Source: an uncultured archaeon
Lineage (GTDB): Archaea; Asgardarchaeota; Lokiarchaeia; Sigyniarchaeales; SOKP01
Assembly (NCBI GenBank): GCA_964632315.1
Contig: CAZWEM010000001.1
Span: 96,001-160,000 of the forward strand
Length of the DNA stretch: 64,000 nucleotides
Direction: 5' to 3'
Position numbers and translations under genes: made by a program. Shown one piece after another: positions 57,814 through 64,000 of this stretch. Positions within the stretch are counted from its first letter, which is position 1; each line of letters opens with the position of its first letter. Below the pieces are notes generated by a model. That model made no database searches and was not told the DNA's origin. It saw only the letters and a list, made by a program, of their open reading frames with translations.

Positions 57814-60714
57814 ATGAGCTATACTTATAGCCGTACTAAAATGATCGAAAAGATCAAATTTGGATTGTTAAGTCCAGATGAAATTCGCAAGATGAGTGCT
57901 GCTCGTATCATTACTGCGGATACTTATGATGAAGATGGACTTCCAATTCCAAGTGGTCTCATGGATCAAAGATTAGGGACAATTGAACCCGGTCAGAGAT
58001 GTCAGACTTGTGGAAATCTGGTAAGTAATTGTATGGGGCATTTCGGACATATTGAGTTAGCTAGACCAGTAATCCACGTTGGATATGCAAAGAAAGTATT
58101 AAAAGTCTTAAGATCAATTTGTCCTGAATGCTCTCGATTAATGTTAACTGAAGATGAAAAAGAAAGGTTCAGAAAAGAGCAACAGATGCACAGGAGAATC
58201 TTTTTCGAAGGAGATGAAGATTCAACAAAATTGGTATTTAAAAAAGCAAGAAAGAGCAAGTTATGCCCCTATTGCGGTGCAAAAAAGAAGAAAATTATTA
58301 TTGAAAAACCCACCACATTTTATGAAGAAGAAGAAAATAAAGGTTCAAGACGTCTTACTCCGATCGAGATTTTAGAGCGCCTTAAGAAAATGACTGATAA
58401 CGATCTAAGAATTTTGGGAATTTCACCTGAAAATGCTCGCTTAGAATGGGTTATATTTACTGTCTTGCCAATACCACCTGTATGTGCAAGGCCCTCTATT
58501 ACCTTGGATAGTGGTATAAGGTCAGAAGACGATCTAACCCATAAACTCGTTGATGTCATAAGAATTAACCAGCGTTTAAGAGAGAATATTGATGCGGGTG
58601 CTCCTCATCTTATCGTTGAAGATTTATGGGAGTTATTACAATATCATATTACTACTTATTTTGATAATCAAGTATCTGGAATCCCTCCAGCAAGACATAG
58701 ATCTGGGAGGGCTTTAAGAACTCTAACTCAAAGATTAAAAGGTAAGGAAGGACGATTTAGAAGCAATTTGAGTGGAAAACGAGTCGATTTTTCTGCGAGA
58801 AGCGTTATCTCTCCTAATCCTTATATTAGCATAAACGAAGTGGGTGTTCCAATTGAAATTGCTAAAATCCTTACTATACCCACGAATGTAAATGATTGGA
58901 ATATAGAAGAGATGAAGCAAATGGTACTTAATGGACCTTTCAATCATCCTGGAGCGAATTATATTATTAGGAATGATCGGAGAAGAATCGACCTTCGATA
59001 TGTTAAAAATAGAAAAATAATTGCAGATATGCTCGCACCGGGTTTTACTGTGGAACGTCATCTGAATGAGGGAGATCTAGTATTGTTTAATCGACAACCC
59101 TCACTTCATAGAATGTCGATTATGGCCCATGAAGTTAGAATTATGAAAGGAAGAACTTTCCGATTAAATTTAACAGTCTGCCCACCTTATAACGCTGATT
59201 TCGATGGGGATGAAATGAACCTCCATGTTCCACAAAGTGAAGAAGCAAGGACAGAAGCAGAATTATTATTGAAGGTGCAAGAACATATCTTATCACCCAG
59301 ATTTGGAGGCCCTATTTTAGGGGGAATTCAAGACTTTATTTCTTCAGTATTTCAATTTACTAGTAAAGATTCGCTTTATAATAAAAAGGATGCTCTTAAT
59401 TTGCTTTATATGGGGGGAGTTTTTGATTTGAACTCCGATTTTAAGATTGAGCACATGAAACCAGTTAAAACCGATCCCGAATCTCTCTACTCGGGTAAAC
59501 AAATTTTTAGCACTCTTTTTCCGGATGATTTAAACATAAAGGTAAAATCGAAATTTTGTAAAAACTGTGATGTCTGCGAGGAAGAGGATTGTCCTTATGA
59601 TGCTTATGTCATAATAAAGAATGGAGAACTCATAACAGGTACGATTGATGAGAATTCCTTTGGTGCGATGCAATCAAATAGTATATTACAAAGAATTATT
59701 AAAGATCATGGAAACGCAAGAGGAAGGCAATTTTTAGATAATGCAACAAAGATGTTACTGTATGTTATACGTCAAAATGGGATGACGATAGGTTTGGATG
59801 AAGTATATGTCCATGGACATGCTTACGAAGAAATTCGTAATATTTTAAAAAATGCAGATGAAGAAGCAGACAGGTTAATCAAAGCATTTTATGAAGACGA
59901 TACAAGTATATTAAAGCGCGCTCCAGGAAGATCTATGAGGGAAACTTTGGAATTAAGGATACGTCAAGTACTTGCTGAAGCCCGTAAGCAAGCTGAAGAG
60001 ACCGCAGCAGACTTTATTGGTGATGAGGCTCATTCGGTAATAATGACTAAATCGGGTGCGCGAGGAAATATTTTAAATTTAGGTCAAATGTCTGCTGTAG
60101 TTGGCCAACAAGCCATTAGAGGAGAAAGAATCAATAGAGGATATAGTTCAAGAACCCTGCCTCATTTCAAGATCAATGATCTCACCCCAAAATCTCGTGG
60201 ATTTGTAGAATCTTCATACAGAGAGGGGTTAAATCCCGAAGAATTTTTCTTCCATGCAATGGGAGGAAGAGAGGGATTGGTAGATACTGCTGTAAGAACC
60301 AGTACTTCAGGATATATGCAAAGAAGATTGGTGAATGCATTACAAGACATGGTGGTTGAGAATGATGGAACTGTCCGAAACTCAGATAAAAACGTAATAC
60401 AATTTAGTTATGGTGATGATGGAATAGATCCCATGCATACAGATCATAGTGATGCAGTAAATCTTGACGTTCTACTGCTTAAAGCAAAGGCTTTAGATAT
60501 AAGTCACATAAAGGATGAATTAGAAGCAACACCGGAAGAGAAAGAGGAACCTCCTAAAAAAGAAAAAAAGAAAGCGGTTAAAAAAGAAACCTCTGAACCA
60601 CCAGATGAAGAAAAAATGATAAAGACGTTTGAAGAGGAAACTGGTAAGAATGCAATTTGGAGAGGAAAAGTCACGAAAGGATATTTGGAATGGAAAGAGG
60701 AGAAATTCAAATAA
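57814..60714 (+). CDS. rpoA1: RNA polymerase subunit Rpo1N (A') with C-terminal extension
   Basis: CQTCG..C.GHFGHIELA, KGKEGRFR.NLSGKRVDFSAR, NRQPSLH, catalytic NADFDGD, GGREGLVDTAVRT. Confidence 0.98.
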   Translation: MSYTYSRTKMIEKIKFGLLSPDEIRKMSAARIITADTYDEDGLPIPSGLMDQRLGTIEPGQRCQTCGNLVSNCMGHFGHIELARPVIHVGYAKKVLKVLRSICPECSRLMLTEDEKERFRKEQQMHRRIFFEGDEDSTKLVFKKARKSKLCPYCGAKKKKIIIEKPTTFYEEEENKGSRRLTPIEILERLKKMTDNDLRILGISPENARLEWVIFTVLPIPPVCARPSITLDSGIRSEDDLTHKLVDVIRINQRLRENIDAGAPHLIVEDLWELLQYHITTYFDNQVSGIPPARHRSGRALRTLTQRLKGKEGRFRSNLSGKRVDFSARSVISPNPYISINEVGVPIEIAKILTIPTNVNDWNIEEMKQMVLNGPFNHPGANYIIRNDRRRIDLRYVKNRKIIADMLAPGFTVERHLNEGDLVLFNRQPSLHRMSIMAHEVRIMKGRTFRLNLTVCPPYNADFDGDEMNLHVPQSEEARTEAELLLKVQEHILSPRFGGPILGGIQDFISSVFQFTSKDSLYNKKDALNLLYMGGVFDLNSDFKIEHMKPVKTDPESLYSGKQIFSTLFPDDLNIKVKSKFCKNCDVCEEEDCPYDAYVIIKNGELITGTIDENSFGAMQSNSILQRIIKDHGNARGRQFLDNATKMLLYVIRQNGMTIGLDEVYVHGHAYEEIRNILKNADEEADRLIKAFYEDDTSILKRAPGRSMRETLELRIRQVLAEARKQAEETAADFIGDEAHSVIMTKSGARGNILNLGQMSAVVGQQAIRGERINRGYSSRTLPHFKINDLTPKSRGFVESSYREGLNPEEFFFHAMGGREGLVDTAVRTSTSGYMQRRLVNALQDMVVENDGTVRNSDKNVIQFSYGDDGIDPMHTDHSDAVNLDVLLLKAKALDISHIKDELEATPEEKEEPPKKEKKKAVKKETSEPPDEEKMIKTFEEETGKNAIWRGKVTKGYLEWKEEKFK

Positions 60715-60732
60715 AATTGAGGTAGATTATTT

Positions 60733-61926
60733 ATGAGTAAAATAACATCAAAATATTTAGATAAGAAATTGGAAGAATTAAAGGAGGATGGAATTCCGAA
60801 GGATTTAATTGGGAAGATCCAAAATAAACTAAAAAATGAAGATTTAGATGAGATCCAACTCGAATATCTACTAAATAAAATTTATATCAACTTTAATAAC
60901 GCTAGGGTTGAAACTTCTGAACCAGTTGGCACCGTTGCTGCTCAATCCATTGGAGAACCAGGAACTCAAATGACTCTCCGAACTTTTCATTATGCGGGAG
61001 TGGAAGAATTTTCAGTAACTCAAGGGTTACCTCGTCTTATTGAAATCGTCGATGCTCGAAGATTCCCCTCAACTCCAATGATGGAAATTTATTTAGAAAA
61101 ACCATTTAATTCTTCTGAAGATAAAGCTATTCAGGTTCATAATCGAATTGAGCAGATTAGAATTGAACAAATAGCGTCTGACGTAGATCTTGATTTTATT
61201 GATTGGAAGATTATAATTCACTTAATTCCTGATATATGCGAAAAGAAAGGAATTGAAATTGAGAGAATTCCCGAAGTATTAAAGCGTTATAAGAAGAAAG
61301 GTTCAATTGTCAGAGAAGGAAACTCAATCATCATAGATCCTGGAATCGAAGATCTTCAAAGCCTCCAAAAGCTTAGAGAAAAGATCTTAAAAAAAGTTGT
61401 TAAGGGAATAAGAGGTGTGAAAAGAGGTCTATTGACTCCAGCTGAGGATAACAAAGAATGGTTAATTAAAACTGAAGGAACAAATTTACCCTCAGTAGTT
61501 CAGATTGAAGGAGTTGATCCAACAAGGACAGTTTCAAATCATATCCACGAAATTGAAAAATTATATGGAATTGAAGCTGCTCGAAATATGATTATTAAAG
61601 AATCTCGAAAAGTCTTAGAACAGCAAGGATTAGATGTTGATCTTCGGCATTTACTCATTCTTTCAGATCTAATGTGTGTTGATGGATCAATTCAATCCAT
61701 AGGAAGACATGGTATTTCTGGTTCGAAATCTAGTGTATTTGCGAGAGCTGCTTTTGAAGTGACTGTAAATCAATTGCTTGATGCTGGATTATATGGTGAA
61801 GAAGAACGCCTTTTAGGAATACCAGAAAACGTGATAGTGGGTCAGGTTTGCCCAATAGGGAGTGGCAGAGTTAGTGTTATGTTCGATTTAGATCAGAATT
61901 TGAAAATACTAAGCAAAAAACAATAA
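60733..61926 (+). CDS. rpoA2: RNA polymerase subunit Rpo1C (A'')
   Basis: [48 protein letters not shown]. Confidence 0.98.
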   Translation: MSKITSKYLDKKLEELKEDGIPKDLIGKIQNKLKNEDLDEIQLEYLLNKIYINFNNARVETSEPVGTVAAQSIGEPGTQMTLRTFHYAGVEEFSVTQGLPRLIEIVDARRFPSTPMMEIYLEKPFNSSEDKAIQVHNRIEQIRIEQIASDVDLDFIDWKIIIHLIPDICEKKGIEIERIPEVLKRYKKKGSIVREGNSIIIDPGIEDLQSLQKLREKILKKVVKGIRGVKRGLLTPAEDNKEWLIKTEGTNLPSVVQIEGVDPTRTVSNHIHEIEKLYGIEAARNMIIKESRKVLEQQGLDVDLRHLLILSDLMCVDGSIQSIGRHGISGSKSSVFARAAFEVTVNQLLDAGLYGEEERLLGIPENVIVGQVCPIGSGRVSVMFDLDQNLKILSKKQ

Positions 61927-62040
61927 AACACAAAATTTTTAAAAGGAAGAAAATCCAACTAGCGTTAGAAATTTAAATCATCACGTATTTTTTTATTTAC
62001 TCTATTATAGTATAACAATTTTAAAATAGTTCTTAGGACG

Positions 62041-62409
62041 ATGGCAAAGAAAAGCAAGAAAGTCGGCGATTCAATCGACCTCTCACGCAAGAAGAAAAAG
62101 GAATTTGATGTTGAAACGAATATCAAAGTTGCCTATAAAACTGGTAAGATGATTTATGGAAAAAGTCAGGTGTTACGCCAATTAAGACAAAAACCATTTA
62201 AAATGCTCATTATGGCTAATAATTGCCCTAAAGAATTACAAAATCAATTAAATCATATCAACAGTTTAACCGAAAAAAATAGCTATATCTACCAATACAA
62301 AGGATCCTCATGGGATCTTGGTCTCGCCGTAGGAAAGCCATATATGATTTCTGTTATTGGAATTGATGATTTTGGAGATTCTGACTTGTTATCTTTAATT
62401 AGTAAGTAA
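62041..62409 (+). CDS. rpl30e: 50S ribosomal protein L30e
   Basis: KTGK..YG, ANNCP, G.S.DLG.A.GKPY, GDSDL; operon position. Confidence 0.93.
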   Translation: MAKKSKKVGDSIDLSRKKKKEFDVETNIKVAYKTGKMIYGKSQVLRQLRQKPFKMLIMANNCPKELQNQLNHINSLTEKNSYIYQYKGSSWDLGLAVGKPYMISVIGIDDFGDSDLLSLISK

Positions 62410-62440
62410 GTTTAATTAATTCCTAAGAGATTATTCAAAA

Positions 62441-62914
62441 ATGTTAAGAAAAAATATCAAAATCGATCGAAATTCGATGGAGCTCATCTCTTTATTTAAC
62501 AATATTTCAGGAGCAATCATCAAAGATTGTATAATATATGAATCTCCAGAAAATCATTCCGAAATCATTATATTTTTGGTTAAAAAAGAGGATGTTGGAA
62601 AAGCAATTGGAAGAGCTGGAGAGCACGTAAAGGACTTGATGTCAAAACTCCAAAAAAAAATTGATGTGATCCCCTACTCCGAGAAAATTGATCAGTTCAT
62701 TCAATACATTCTAAATACCTCCAAGAATTCAATTGAAGTCCAAAGTATTGAAATTAAAGAAAATAAAAACGAAAAAAAGACAGTTATTATCTCCGTGCGT
62801 CCGCAAGATCGTGGAAAAGCTATAGGGAAGGAAGGTTCAATGATTCGAAAGATAAAAATGCTAGTCATAAGGCATTTTGAAGTGGATAACGTCATTATAA
62901 ACACTAAAAATTAA
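62441..62914 (+). CDS. nusA: Archaeal NusA (two KH domains)
   Basis: DCI, GKAIGRAG, GKAIGKEG; operon position. Confidence 0.93.
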   Translation: MLRKNIKIDRNSMELISLFNNISGAIIKDCIIYESPENHSEIIIFLVKKEDVGKAIGRAGEHVKDLMSKLQKKIDVIPYSEKIDQFIQYILNTSKNSIEVQSIEIKENKNEKKTVIISVRPQDRGKAIGKEGSMIRKIKMLVIRHFEVDNVIINTKN

Positions 62915-62995
62915 TTAAGCTTTCCTCCCATTTCATAAATTTTAAGTTTAAAGAAGTATTTCTTCATCTATTAAATTAATTTAGCAAAGATAATC

Positions 62996-63430
62996 ATGTC
63001 AAAACCAAAAGGTCTCTATGCTGCGCGTCAGCTGCGTACAATTAGAAAAAAATATCGCTGGTCAAAAACAAAATACAAAAGAAAGAAACTTAAATTAAAA
63101 AAGAAAGTTGACCCACTCGAAGGTGCTCCACAAGCAGTTGGGATTGTCCTCCAAAAAGTAGGACGAGAAAGTAAACAACCCAACTCAGCAATTAGAAAGT
63201 GCGTTCGTGTTCAATTAAAAAAAAATGGAAAAGGAGTTACTGCATTTTTACCTGGAGATGGCGCGCTTAATTTCATAGAAGAGCACGACCGAGTTATCGT
63301 TGAAGGTATTGGCGGAGCAAAAGGAAGGGCTATTGGAGATCTCCCAGGTGTGAGATGGAAAGTTGTAAAAGTTAATGGAGTATCCTTAGAAGCATTAATA
63401 GCTGGAAAGAAAGAAAAACCATTGCGATAG
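62996..63430 (+). CDS. rps12: 30S ribosomal protein S12 (uS12)
   Basis: [29 protein letters not shown]. Confidence 0.97.
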   Translation: MSKPKGLYAARQLRTIRKKYRWSKTKYKRKKLKLKKKVDPLEGAPQAVGIVLQKVGRESKQPNSAIRKCVRVQLKKNGKGVTAFLPGDGALNFIEEHDRVIVEGIGGAKGRAIGDLPGVRWKVVKVNGVSLEALIAGKKEKPLR

Positions 63431-63441
63431 AGGAAAAAATT

Positions 63442-64000
63442 ATGAGCAAAGCCCAAGAGAATGTTAAACTATTCGATAAATGGTCCTTTGAAGATATTGA
63501 AATAAGTGATTGGACTTTAGAAAAATACATTAATTTAAAACCTATCATCATTCCACAGAGTTGTGGGAGGCACGAGCATAGAAGATTTTGGAAAACTTCA
63601 AGAGTTTCAATAATAGAAAGGTTTGTAAATCGTTTATTATCACCTGGTTACATAAGTTCTAAAATAAAAGGTCATAAAAGTTCATACAATTCAGGAAAAA
63701 AGAATAAATTAATCAAGAGCTTATTAAATGCATTTACATTGATTGAATTAAACACTGAAGAAAATCCAATACAAGTTCTCATTGATGCAATTTGTAATTC
63801 TGCTCCGAGAGAGGAAACTACAAAAATTGCTATGGGTGGGATAAGTTATGCATCAGCAGTAGATATCGCACCCCAAAGACGAGTAGATTTAGCAATTAAA
63901 TACCTAGTACAAGCAATAGGTGGAAGATCTCATTCAAGTGAAAGAATGTTTGAAGCAAATATTGCTCAAGAATTAATATTAGCATCTAAAAACAGTCAAG
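63442..64000 (+). CDS. rps7: 30S ribosomal protein S7 (uS7), 3'-truncated by window edge; absent from the ORF track
   Basis: Manual translation: MSKAQENVKLFDKW..GRHEHRRF..IIERFVNRL..NPIQVL..APREE..VDIAPQRRVDLA. Confidence 0.95.
   Translation, partial: MSKAQENVKLFDKWSFEDIEISDWTLEKYINLKPIIIPQSCGRHEHRRFWKTSRVSIIERFVNRLLSPGYISSKIKGHKSSYNSGKKNKLIKSLLNAFTLIELNTEENPIQVLIDAICNSAPREETTKIAMGGISYASAVDIAPQRRVDLAIKYLVQAIGGRSHSSERMFEANIAQELILASKNSQ

Noticed and set aside
1494-63456. Many short ORFs antisense to or nested in long genes (e.g. 1494-1757, 4614-4886, 9415-9753, 58735-59061, 63211-63456)
   Set aside because: Shadow frames of well-supported genes with no recognisable motifs
1-64000. Selenocysteine (TGA) read-through or SECIS elements, known in Lokiarchaeia
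   Set aside because: The TGA-ending ORFs I checked appear complete and none is a recognisable selenoprotein family member; no SECIS search could be run
1-64000. tRNA, rRNA, CRISPR arrays, transposases, integrases
   Set aside because: No cloverleaf or T-loop signatures, regularly spaced repeats or mobile-element ORFs seen by eye

Overview
AT-rich (roughly 30% GC by eye), gene-dense chromosomal segment of an Asgard archaeon, most likely Lokiarchaeia. The assignment rests on archaeal information genes (split rpoA1/rpoA2-rpl30e-nusA-rps12-rps7; pus10-rpl21e-rpoF-DUF655-ksgA; a histone; XPD; RecJ/Cdc45-like; NurA), an H4MPT enzyme (Mch) and eukaryotic-signature proteins (four Rab-like GTPases, an ESCRT-III/Snf7 protein, a steadiness-box protein, a roadblock protein, a presenilin-like protease, a HEAT/LRR protein). 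I saw no tRNA, rRNA, CRISPR array or mobile element. Best leads: (1) a 681-aa Zn-finger/coiled-coil/PH-like/Tyr-Pro-Asn-rich/steadiness-box protein convergent with a Snf7 gene that probably starts at a hidden CTG; (2) an NDUFA9-like SDR fused in frame to QueC, divergent from queD; (3) a GNAT (YghO/bCerS-like), 7TM, ThiF, GNAT block that may make and sense an N-acyl molecule; (4) a pseudo-Rab upstream of a eukaryote-like presenilin; (5) an extra C-terminal mini-domain on RNA polymerase A'. All family calls come from motif recognition by eye; no searches were run.
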